A stretch of DNA of 63,869 nt, counting the filler, from Octopus bimaculoides (lineage: Eukaryota), in NCBI RefSeq assembly GCF_001194135.2. It is 5 parts of 5 records of this genome, joined end to end, with 100 filler letters (N's around TTAATTAATTAA, not from the genome) between each part and the next. Parts side by side here need not be neighbours in the genome. Positions count along the whole stretch, not along the records: positions 45,524 to 62,495 come from NC_068992.1; positions 62,596 to 63,869 come from NC_068982.1; 3 more parts are not named here. The stretch is one strand, 5' to 3'. Position 1 is the stretch's first letter. The number at the start of each line of letters is the position of its first letter. Made by a program: the position numbers and the translations under genes. Below are positions 52,531-63,869 of this stretch, one piece after another. Below the pieces are notes generated by a model that saw nothing but the letters and a program-made list of their open reading frames with translations, had not been told where the DNA came from and ran no database searches.

Positions 52531-52578
52531 ATTCCTGCCTTTCAACAACGTGGCCCGTGTTCGAATTCCGGCATGGAA
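52531..52578 (+). pseudogene. 5'-truncated degenerate tRNA-Glu(TTC)-like relic
   Basis: attcctgcctttcaacaacgtggcccgtgttcgaattccggcatggaa aligns with the 3' two-thirds of tRNA-Glu (ATTCCTGGTTTTCACCCAGGCGGCCCGGGTTCGACTCCCGGTATGGGAA, recalled); the 5' acceptor strand and D-arm are missing. Confidence 0.55.
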
Positions 52579-53783
52579 ATTTGTTATTTAACGGTGGTGT
52601 CCTAACATGACCGCAGCTTTAAAGCTGAAACAATTTAAGCAAAAAACTGATCGTTGTTGTTTTCAGGTAAGGCCATGCTGCTTTTTGCTTTTCTTAGAAA
52701 TCTCTTGGTACAGCTCAGTATACCACCCGGAACTCTGGGCTATGCGCATAGTTTTACGTTATCCGAAGCCTTTCATGTAAAACCAAGTAATGTGGAATGC
52801 TGTGGAAGCTTATTGTCTTTATAAAACCTATTTATGCCTTGCAGATTTAAAGTGCAGCACGTCTCAACACTGCTATCGTTACATATAAATATCCTTAGCC
52901 ACTTTTCTTTAAGCATTTAGAGGTCTGCGATTTAATACCTAAGACAGTTGTACTTTCCCCGTCATCCCAACTCCCTGCAGGGTGGCCTGTAAACTCCTAT
53001 GTACACTAAATTTTCATGTACAAAGAAACTACATAGATTACTTCATTACTGATTCGAGCATTTTATAACATAAAGCTGCCATCTGAATGTACGTCACAGA
53101 TTAGTAAAGGCGTTTCTTCCAAAACGATATTTCCCTAATTACTGTAGCACATCTCGTCTATCTTATCCAATACTCGATTTCTGTAAAGCAATTGGCGTGA
53201 TTTGGTGTGGGATTGGCCTTTATTCTCAAAGAATTAAACAAAGGTATTTCGTGATATCTCATAAAGAGCTTGTGAACTGAATACGCGATATATAGTTCAA
53301 ATTCTAACGTGGACTTATTACTCATTATGTTATAACTGGGGATATACAGAAACACAAATTGTCGTGTCTCTAGGCGCAATGCAGAACTTTCGTATATTTT
53401 TTGCAAAAATATATTATTTATATAATGCGTAGATAAATTCTCATGAGATACATTTAAAAAAAATTTATTTGGGAAGTGATTGGACGTTATTCCGGTTCAA
53501 AGAAATAATAGTTATTTGTGAATCTGTGTATACATAGACGTGTATTCATTTGATAGACAATAGCACAGATAAAAGGACGGTTGTTGGGATTTGTATGTCG
53601 TATATTATTATGTGCAAGCGATTAATGTCTTCGTAATCACATATTTAATCTTATTTGCACTATTAGTAAATGTTTATATGCGAATGAAACTAACAATATA
53701 CAAATAAACATAGACATACAAAAGAATATCTACCTGCATACGAACATACATACGTAAATATAAATTGATACATACACACGCAG

Positions 53784-53826
<43 letters not shown>

Positions 53827-54007
53827 AGCACACACACACACACATATATATGTATACATGTGTATATAAGTATGCGTATGTTGGCATGTATATATATATA
53901 TAAGATAACTTCGATATGTTTCGAACAAAGATTGGTCCAGGTCATGTCTAACTTAATAGCACCTCATTTGTAAGTTGTTTTAAAGTCAAGTTTTGTCGTA
54001 TCATGTT

Positions 54008-54500
54008 TTAATCGAGTAGGGAGGTCTTGCTGAGTGAGTTGTATCCAGGTATAGGTGGCTTATCTGGTATTTCTTGAAGATATTTGTCCAGATTCTGTTT
54101 AATGGTGATTGAATCCTTTTCGTCTTCGATCCATTTTGGGACAATGTTATATAGGACAGGACCTGTTGGGGTAAAGAAAGTGTGTTGCAGTGTAATTATG
54201 TGTTGTGATCCTGAATTTGGTAGGAGATGCATGGCCCGTGGTCTTAACCTTGAATGAATTCTGAAACTAATGTTGAGATCGTTTGAGCAATGCTGGTGGT
54301 AAATTCTCCACATCTGCAAATGATGTATCACATACGCCGGCGCTGGAGAGAATAGAATTTCAGTGCTTTAAGGCTGCCCAAATAATCGAGATCAGTCATG
54401 TCCTTAACGTTCTGTTTTATGTGAGGAAACCACAGAGGACAGCAATATTCAAGGTATAGCCGTACGAAAGAGAAGAAAAAAGGAATGGTGACACCTTGTT
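54008..54500 (-). mobile_element. CR1/L2-type LINE ORF2 C-terminal fragment
   Basis: FSFVRLYLEYCCPLWFPH...DLDYLGSLKALKFYSLQRRR...GPVLYNIVPK...KQNLDKYLQEIPDKP...SLLD*. Confidence 0.85.
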
Positions 54501-55689
54501 CTCTGGACCGAAGGTTCTTAGGATCTAGGAACTCATCCTCAGAGCTTAGTGTTGATGTGGGAACTCCAGGTGATATTGTTGTTAACAATTACTTCTAGAT
54601 CTCTGATATTAATAGATGCTGTGTATGGTTCCCTTGAAGGTAGAGTATATGGTTGTTTTACACATAGGGTTTGGCCAAAAGTCACGCGACAGTAAATCAA
54701 ACTTCCACAAATACTATCTGTAGTTTTGTATTTATTCGAGAGGAAAAAATATGTCGCTTAGGAAGGACTTCATTTTGAACAGTTTTCATGATGTTTCATA
54801 TTTAGATGCTTTTATTAAACTTATTCAAATGTTAAATTCATTCAACTGGCCAAACCTGTATATATATATATAATACTGTTAACGCAATTTAAATTCCACT
54901 GCTGTAAAGAATGAGTAATCTAGCGTAGTGGTATTTACAGAAGAAATATCTTCAGCAATATCATGGTACGAAAATTCTGGTAATGGTTCTTGGTATAAGG
55001 TTGCTCCAGAAACTTATATTATCGTTTCAGGTGCCCAAAATACATTTTATGTACGCATGGGGCGGATAGAAAATGTTCTATAAGTAGATAACGTTTTGTT
55101 TTGTAAACTCAACTTATACAGGTGTTTGGGTACATAACTTGTATTCATATTGGAAATCTGCAGAACGCTTAATATGAACATTAATACTTAATTAATTTGG
55201 AAAGGTAAATGTATTGGTATGTTGGAACGTGCGTGACAAAATGGTGTTTTATTTTCTGAATGGGTTTGTATGTGATAGTTTAAACTAAATTCCATGCGCA
55301 TTAAAATTCGTATTATTGTATTTCTAAGAGACAAATTTGTACAGAATACAAAAAGTAATGCATTAAATAAAGATTATTTCTATACAGAAAAGCAAATAGT
55401 AATCCTTAAGTTTAAAATTGCAGGATGTCTTCTTAGCATATAGGAAGCCATATAAAAACTAGAATAAGGAATAATGTAAGTTCAACATGCCACAATCCGT
55501 GCTTAATGCAGACATGTCTGTATAAGCATACATATATACATTCATACATACATACATACATTCATACATACATACATCCATACATACATACNNNNNNNNN
55601 NCTTAACTGTTAACGGTGCTGTGATCGAATGCGACTTTTTAGCCTAGCTAAAGATCTACAATGTCTTGTACAGAATTGGCAGCTAAAAA

Positions 55690-55870
55690 CCTTTACTGGC
55701 AATAACCGGCTCTAGTTGTAATTCGGCTTCATTTACCTTTGCATGTTGTTTAAGTCCTCCTGCCGAATCACACTTCCTTTCACATGCCTGACAGATATGA
55801 TTAGTATGGCGTGTAGCACCACAACCAACAACCTGGTAGTCAAACATCGGTCTCGCTTTATGACTAAGAA
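55690..55870 (-). mobile_element. Possible RTE LINE C-terminal zinc-finger-like fragment
   Basis: HICQACERKCDSAGGLKQHAKV resembles the C..C.R.C.S..GL..H motif at RTE 3' ends. Confidence 0.45.
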
Positions 55871-57984
55871 GATGATTCTTGTGTCCAAATTTACACACAC
55901 ATACAAACATACACATATTTGTATAGATACATATATGTATATAAGTAAATATATATTCATCCATGAATTTTTAGTGTATTTACTTATTAATATTTTCTAT
56001 ATGTGATTGCTGATTTTCATGGATGAATTTAATAATTATGTTTTTTTTTCTCTAAATTATATATATATATATATATATAATTTAGAGAAAAAAAAACATA
56101 ATTATTAAATTCATCCATGAAAATNNNNNNNNNNNNNNNNNNNNNNNNNNNNNNNNNNNNNNNNNNNNNNNNNNNNNNNNNNNNNNNNNNNNNNNNNNNN
56201 NNNNNNNNNNNNNNNNNNNNNNNNNNNNNNNNNNNNNNNNNNNNNNNNNNNNNNNNNNNNNNNNNNNNNNNNNNNNNNNNNNNNNNNNNNNNNNNNNNNN
56301 NNNNNNNNNNNNNNNNNNNNNNNNNNNNNNNNNNNNNNNNNNNNNNNNNNNNNNNNNNNNNNNNNNNNNNNNNNNNNNNNNNNNNNNNNNNNNNNNNNNN
56401 NNNNNNNNNNNNNAGAGAGAGATGCATGCATGTACATATACGCGCATGTATATACTACCTCTTAATAACTGCAATCTGTCTCATGCAATGCCATTTTGGA
56501 GAATTGAATCTAAAAAACATTATGTCTCAAAAACCAGAGTATCATTTTTCTTAGGTTTTTGAATAGTGACTGAGCAGTGAGTGAACATTGACAACTGCAA
56601 TTATAAACACTTTACTACCAGCTATCTGTAGGCTTCTAGTTTTCAAAAGACTAATATAGTAACAAAACTATCTTAATTTTGCCTTTGGCTCTCAAGTGCA
56701 AAATTTCCAGTTTAATTTGTCAAGCATCTAGATTTATTGGTATAGATTTTTAAACTGCTCACATAACTGAACTTCATGTTTTTGTAGAACAGGGGAAATT
56801 TAAAGTCTGAATAAGTTAATTGTACAAGCCACTTACACGAGTTTTTGTAGGTTAGCTATAATAAAGTGATGACTGATTTAGATTTTGCATTGAGTGATTG
56901 ATAGCACAATACAAATTATGCTGATTGGGAAATATAAGTATATTGGAAAACTATGCTTCATGTTATATCTGTTCCAGTAGAAAATATGTATATTTATAAC
57001 AAACAAATCGTATCTGAGGAATACATATAGAAATTTATTATATTAGTAAATATATAGACGAAGATGACAATATACTGAGACGCCTTCGAGCAATTTGAAA
57101 ATGAAATATAAATAGACAGAAATGCATGAGTGTCAGTGACATTTCATTGGCTTGTGATCTATCTTAGAATCTGGCCAGCTCTATTAATCAACTGACATGC
57201 ATATAAGGATATAAATAGTGACAGTTAAAATATTTGCTAATTTTATTTCCATTTATCAGTGGCCGTCGCGGTTGTCGTGAACATGGTTTTCGTCGTCATC
57301 GTCATCATCATCGTAGTCATCATCATCACTTTTAACCGTAATCGATGCTAGCGCACCCAGCTCAGCCTCCGTCGCCTCTATCGTCATCAATATCGTGGTC
57401 ATCGGCGTCGGTGTCACCATGACAACCACTTTCCAAAAGACATCTACATCCATCATCATGGTCATCATCATCATGATTATGATCATCACCATCGTTATTC
57501 TAAATGTTGCGTTCACCATCATCTGTGCTATATCCAACATCGACTCCAATGTCGTTAGTCCCATCCTCTCATTCTTTCTCAGCAACTACAATTATCATCA
57601 CCGTCATCGTGAAGAATTTCTTATTTCTTCGGGTAAATCATTTCGAAAGCAGTTTTTACACGGGGTATTTTAGGAAGAATACACAGAAGAATTTGCCAAT
57701 TAAAGGTGTATGGTACCTCATAGATTACGAGGGTGATTTTGTAAGTTATCTTACGCATTTGTAGGAAGAAAGCATACTTTTAACGAAATACGCATTCGAC
57801 TTTTGTTAAATCTATAAGAAGTTAAGCATTATATATTGATACAACAGATTAGTCGTTGATGGCCGTTAGTGTCACAAATAAAATTCCATCTATTTCTGAT
57901 ATGGAAATGTAGAGAAAATGTCAGCAAGGCATTATGTAATGTTAACTGGAAATACTGAGTAATAGTATTTTTAAATATTTTATT

Positions 57985-58230
57985 CATGTATTGGGAAAAC
58001 ATTCCGTCATTCATACGCAAAGATGTATGACCACCAAGAAGCCCCGATCTCAACCCGTTGGATTTTTATGGCTGGTCCACTTTCGAGACGAGCATTCCTT
58101 CTACTTCGCTCAACGTTCTCAATGCAAAACTGAGTCAGGAATGGACTTTCATTCCGCAGGAACAGCGGCGTGGTGTGTGTGAGGCATTCGCACCTAGACT
58201 TAAGGTGGTTATATCAAAGGATTGAGGTAG
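57985..58230 (+). mobile_element. Tc1/mariner-superfamily transposase C-terminal fragment
   Basis: WENIPSFIRKDV*PPRSPDLNPLDFYGWS...LNAKLSQEWTFIPQE...CEAFAPRLKVVI; contains the SPDLNPLD motif. Confidence 0.85.
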
Positions 58231-59329
58231 TGTCACAATTGTGTATCGTTTGCCATTGCACTGTAACGCTCGGACCAGAAATATAACAATATCTTGCTTT
58301 GGTAAAATTGAAAAAAAAATTGGTTGCCTTAATATATATATGGAAGAAAACAAATCGGTGCTTTGTGCTAACTTAACGCATGTTGAGATACTTGCTAGAG
58401 ATACTACTTGTGGAGTTCATGAATAATATACCGATGTATCACACATGCAGAGGCATGTATATATAAATGTATGCATGTACATACATATATATATATATAT
58501 ATAAATGTATCTAACGATATATNNNNNNNNNNNNNNNNNNNNNNNNNNNNNNNNNNNNNNNNNNNNNNNNNNNNNNNNNNNNNNNNNNNNNNNNNNNNNN
58601 NNNNNTATATATATATATATATACATACATATGTATGTATGTATGTTTGTCCGCGCGTAAGTACTTATTTGTGGATATCAAACAGAAGAAAAAAACCTTG
58701 TAATTTCCAACCTCGCGTCTGCTATAAAATGTATCTTCTTGTTAATCACTATAGCAAAGCAACATCACATTTTTTGACTCCTGAATAGTTTAAGGATGTC
58801 ACGTTTTCTATTTCTAGACTAGATTACGGAAATATCTGTGAATATAATTAAGACATATGGTGTACGTAGTACTTCGGTTAACAGACATAGTTTCTTTGAA
58901 ACTTTTATTATCTATCTATAAAGTTTTTCTTTAATTTCTATCTTAAATTTCAAGTAAGAATATTTTCCATGACACTATATTCAGGCTATTACTTTACATG
59001 GCTGATAAATTAATAATTTATTTTCCATTTAAAAGTACATAATATTCCCCAAACTGAAACGTATAATCGTGTTTCTAAATTATCATTTTATATTATATAC
59101 ATATTTGTTTAAAAATCTTCAATATATATATATTGCCTTTGCTATTTACTAATTACACCAATTCCAATCAAAAGGTATCGTGTAAAAAAAAAGCCTTCAA
59201 AAGGGATCGTGTATCACAGAACAGAGTAAAAATGTAAAAAGCAGATTAGTTTTATTCAGGCAGGGAGGGAAAAACACATGAGAGCAAAGTTCTCTCTCTC
59301 TCTCTCTCTCTCTTTTGGATTTACAGGAT

Positions 59330-59670
59330 CATGCTGAAAGTGATTCCGTCATTCGGTCGTACCGTCTTTGCTTCATTCAGCGCTTTTTATTGAATCTTTC
59401 ATGAGTCCACCACACACATTCTTTCACCATGGCCACCAGTACGATGAAAATTGCGTTGCCTTCCCAGGAAAACCTATAGACGTCGAAAGAAATCTGGTGA
59501 CCTGTTAAGGACGGTTCACAAACTGTTATCAGTTGAAAAGCTCAACCATTACTGCCATGGACATTCAAGACAACCAGCCTACATTCTGGGTCTAGGAAAA
59601 TTGCTCTTACTTTGAGGTCCAGACTCTTCCGAAGAAGCACTGCCCTCCATCTTTGATAAAAACACAAAAG
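59330..59670 (-). mobile_element. L1/Tx1-like LINE endonuclease fragment
   Basis: KSLDLKVRAIFLDPECRLVVLNVHGSNG*AFQLITVCEP resembles the D..GRLVVL...F.L..VYAP motif. Confidence 0.7.
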
Positions 59671-59712
59671 TTCTCGGGAATACACATTAAAGTCTCGAAA
59701 AGAAAATAATAC

Positions 59713-59762
<50 letters not shown>

Positions 59763-60938
59763 ATATATATATATATTATGCATACATGTGTGCCTTTGCA
59801 TATATACGTATGTATGTATGTATATATATTGAATCAAGAATTAAATATAACAGTTTCTACTAGTCTCAGTGGTTACGATGCGAGTTGTGTCTCATGGTCT
59901 GTGATATTTAGGTGTTCTTTAACACCCGGCGTCATGTAGGGAGTAATCTGTCTGTCTTGATAAATTAAAATGTGAGGGATTTTCATTTTTATTGATAGGA
60001 GAAATCTGATACGTACAAATAAGAAAAGAAATGTAAACATCGATGCCTGATGTGGAAGAGAAAGAATTGCAAAAAAGACGAAGGGAATGAAAATACGTAT
60101 ATTATATATTCAAATTAGTTAATAATGTATATGAGAAAAATTTAAATTAAATAAATGAAATACAGTACGAATGATTTATCGTAGTAAATAGTTAAATGAA
60201 TAGAGGCCAATAACCAGTCAAGTGCGAAAATGAACCAGGACGTTATCAATAACCTAGTTAAATGAACTGAAGTCTAAATGAATGAAGACTATAAAATGTT
60301 ATTTTTCTAAAATACGCTGACCTGGAAGATGAATAGTGTTTGGTTATATATTTGGAATGTATTTGTGTATTTTTATGCGTATGTATATGTATATATAAAT
60401 CTGCATTGATACACTTTCTTTGTGCATATGTTGTACGAAGAAAATGTTTGTTTTCAACTTCCTCCAAAAAACATAATAATGTTGTTGTTCTATTATCTTA
60501 AACTTATAATTTGTTAAAGCTGTTTAGTTTCTAGTATAAATGCTTCCTGTATATGCTTGGGTGTGTATGTGAGATCTGGATGTTAAGCGGAAATGCTTTT
60601 CAAGTATTTAGAAATGTGAAAAGTTACTGAAATTACTAAGTAAAGTATAACTCGATAAAAATTAGAGTACGCCACCAGAGATTGAATGAAGTATTCGAAA
60701 ATAACCAAAAAGTGAATGATGATACTCTCTTTTTACTCTTTTACTTGTTTCAGTTATTTGACCGCGGCCATGCTGGAGCACCGCCTTTAGTAGAGGAAAT
60801 CAACCCCAGGACTTATTCTTTGTAAGCCTAGTACTTACTCTATCGGTTTTCTTTTGCCGAACCGCTAAGTTACGGGGGACACAAACCCACCAGCATCGGT
60901 TGTCAAGCGATGTTGGGGGGACAAACACAGACACACAA

Positions 60939-61011
<73 letters not shown>

Positions 61012-61299
61012 CATATATGCGACGGGCTTCTTTCAGTTTCCGCCTACCAAATCCACATACAAGGCTTTGGTCGGCATGAGGCTATAGTAAAAGACACTTG
61101 CCCAAGGTGCCAGGCAGTGGGACTGAACCCATATCCATGTGGTTGGTAAGTAAGCTACGTACCTCACAGCCACTCCTCTCAAAACCCTCCTTGTGGTTGT
61201 ATAATATGAGGTTCTATAAATCTGTAGCATCTTAAATTTATTGCATAATTGTATACAAAGAGAGAATGCAGTCTGAGGAGGACAGCTCCATGTATTATA

Positions 61300-61830
61300 G
61301 AATATAGACTCTATGCCTGTGTCATTTAAAATAACTAATATAGTCTCCCATAGCACATAGCCAAGTATCTTCCGAAATATGACGACCATGGTAGCCCTAC
61401 GGTTTCACGCTATGACATTTATTTATAACATGCTGTGTTTTTCCAAGATATTGTTAATGTGGTCTTAAGCCAAGATCTGTGAAAAGCATCTGCAGTTTTG
61501 AAGAGAATCTTCTCGATTTCTTTCGGTGTTTCGCCAACATGAGTTGACGCCAGTGCTAATATAGATGTGCACAGATTAACTATGATAAATGTAATGGAAT
61601 ATTTGAGCAACACAGGTTTCAGGCACTCGTTTATTTCCAGTCTCGTATAAGTATGCACAGTTTGCAATGTTACAAATCAACTAAGTAAAAGAAGCAACTA
61701 TCATCACACTTTGGGCCGCAGCCCTGTCTTGGTGCTGCTGTACCTCAATAAATACCATCGCGATATTTTAGTTGCTGATCCGAATATCCAAGCTTTGAGT
61801 TGTCATTGGGGCCGAAAATAAGGTCTCGGA
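61300..61830 (-). mobile_element. Possible highly decayed L1/Tx1 RT fragment
   Basis: Scattered motifs (RQGC; KEIEKILFK, cf. KLERILF.FLW); many disablements. Confidence 0.3.
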
Positions 61831-63215
61831 CTTGCATTGCTAGAGATGCTGTACTAAAGAATACAGAGAATTGCAGATTGTCTACACTGTTAGGGAAACT
61901 TTATTAATCCCATGTGTGTGTATATGTGTGTGCACGCTAGTGTGTGTGTCTGTACCTACGACCGTTTGACATCCAGTGTTGGTTTGTTTACGTCCATGTA
62001 ACTTGGCAGTTCAGTAGAGGACAACAATACAAGTAGCAGGCTTAAAAGAGTTAGTAATGCGGTTGATTCGTCCGATAACTGCAGCCACGCTATACACCAT
62101 TAACAGTCTACCTATGACCTTCATAGCACCGCCCACCACAAACTTTAACCTGTTGCAGAAGAATGTATATTTAAGTAGTATACGGAATTGGCACCTTTCT
62201 TGTGAACGGCTTCCATTGCAATTTAACCACAATTAAGTATTAAGAAATATAATGAGTTGCTCTTACAATGCACAGTTAGAATTAATTATATATCCTTTCT
62301 TTGAATATTTCGGTTGAAATTCCCCTCTACAAGAAAAAAATGACACATGCATACACACTCGGAGCCATTCAGATGCACACACACCAGCATCGGTTGTCAA
62401 GCGATGTTGGGGGGTGTGGGGGCAAACACAGACACAGAAACACACACACAAGCACACACACACACACACACCCACACAAACCCGGAAAACACACANNNNN
62501 NNNNNNNNNNNNNNNNNNNNNNNNNNNNNNNNNNNNNNNTTAATTAATTAANNNNNNNNNNNNNNNNNNNNNNNNNNNNNNNNNNNNNNNNNNNNAAAAA
62601 CAGAGAAGTACATAAGAAACGATGCAGAATTAGTGTTTAATACATATATAAATATATATACATTATATGCATACATACATACATATATGCATTAATGAAT
62701 ATATATATATAGAGGTTTATATATAATATTTATATAAATAAATATATAGATAATATACACACATACACATACACAAACATATATATATATAAACAAATAT
62801 ATATGAAATATATACATACATATATTTATACGTATGTATATATAAATACATATACATATATGTATATGAATTTATATATTTATATATGTATATATATATA
62901 TATATATATACAAGGAAATATCTAATAGATCTAGACACAACATAAATTTTATCAATTTAAATAGTTGATTAAAATTACCCGAAAATTATACTAACTTCCC
63001 TCCACAGCGATTTAAATCTCAGAGAAACTCGTTCTGACTACTTATGCTTAAGTATAACACAACACACACACATACACACACACTCACAAATACGTATATA
63101 CACATACATGTACAAACAAAATTATATCTATGTTTCTAAATATGTATATATGCGTATATACAATTACATATATAACGTATGTAATTTCTATCATATACAG
63201 GTATGCATACGTACA

Positions 63216-63302
<87 letters not shown>

Positions 63303-63309
63303 AGACACA

Positions 63310-63360
<51 letters not shown>

Positions 63361-63834
63361 GAATATATGTATAAATATAACATATAAATGAATGTGTGTC
63401 TAAATATTTATATATGTATATGCCTCTATTCTTGCGTACACACACTTACAAACACTTGCGCATGCGCGCGCGCTTTATAGTGAATTTGCCAGTGGTAGCT
63501 GAAACGAATTGTTTCGATAAGCCTTTAAACAGTAACTTTCATTCAATGCCATCAAAATTCTAATATATATTAGACAATGCACAAAAATTGTATTTCATCC
63601 TGAATTATATTTGTTGGTTAATCTATCGTGTAACCATAGAGTGGATCCATGCATATACCATCACACAGACATGCATATACACAGACAGACACAGACAGAC
63701 ACAGACAGACACAGACAGACACAGACAGACACACAATTACATACACATTCACATACTCATACACGCATACACACAGTCACATACATATATATATATTATA
63801 TAAATTTTAAATATCTATATCTATATGCATATGA

Positions 63835-63869
<35 letters not shown>

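Noticed and set aside
56013-56124. Perfect 112-bp palindrome centred on (TA)n
   Set aside because: Zero mismatches, centred on a self-complementary microsatellite and ending exactly at an N gap: most likely an assembler turn-around artefact.
57256-57673. 109-aa and 92-aa ORFs with Met/Ile/Asp runs
   Set aside because: Degenerate (CAT/CGT)n low-complexity sequence with no homology cues or splice support.

Overview
AT-rich, microsatellite-dense animal genomic DNA with many N gaps. Its SINE families look like those I recognise from octopus genomes; this is recognition only, not a database match. The only host gene I can support is a TGFBR3/betaglycan-like gene on the + strand. Five coding exons (13390-13599, 19975-20084, 22538-22721, 24728-24854, 27470-27653) splice in phase into about 272 aa of the N-terminal orphan domain. 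I could not find its signal-peptide exon or its downstream ZP/transmembrane exons. The rest is a mosaic of three SINE families, decayed LINEs (CR1/L2, L1/Tx1, R4/Dong, RTE), Penelope-like elements, DNA-transposon remnants (Tigger, Tc1/mariner, hAT MITE, piggyBac), a 5S rRNA pseudogene and a tRNA-Glu relic. Highlights: (1) an apparently intact type I hammerhead ribozyme at 8502-8589, in one arm of a ~200-bp inverted repeat whose other arm carries a core-mutated copy; (2) a foldback element with a palindromic (CCCTAA)n(TTAGGG)n core; (3) a piggyBac remnant positioned like an exon trap. Nearly all ORFs in the supplied track are artefacts of N runs, microsatellites or repeats. Four 100-nt N-TTAATTAATTAA-N linkers mark artificial joins, so contiguity beyond 29.4 kb is uncertain.
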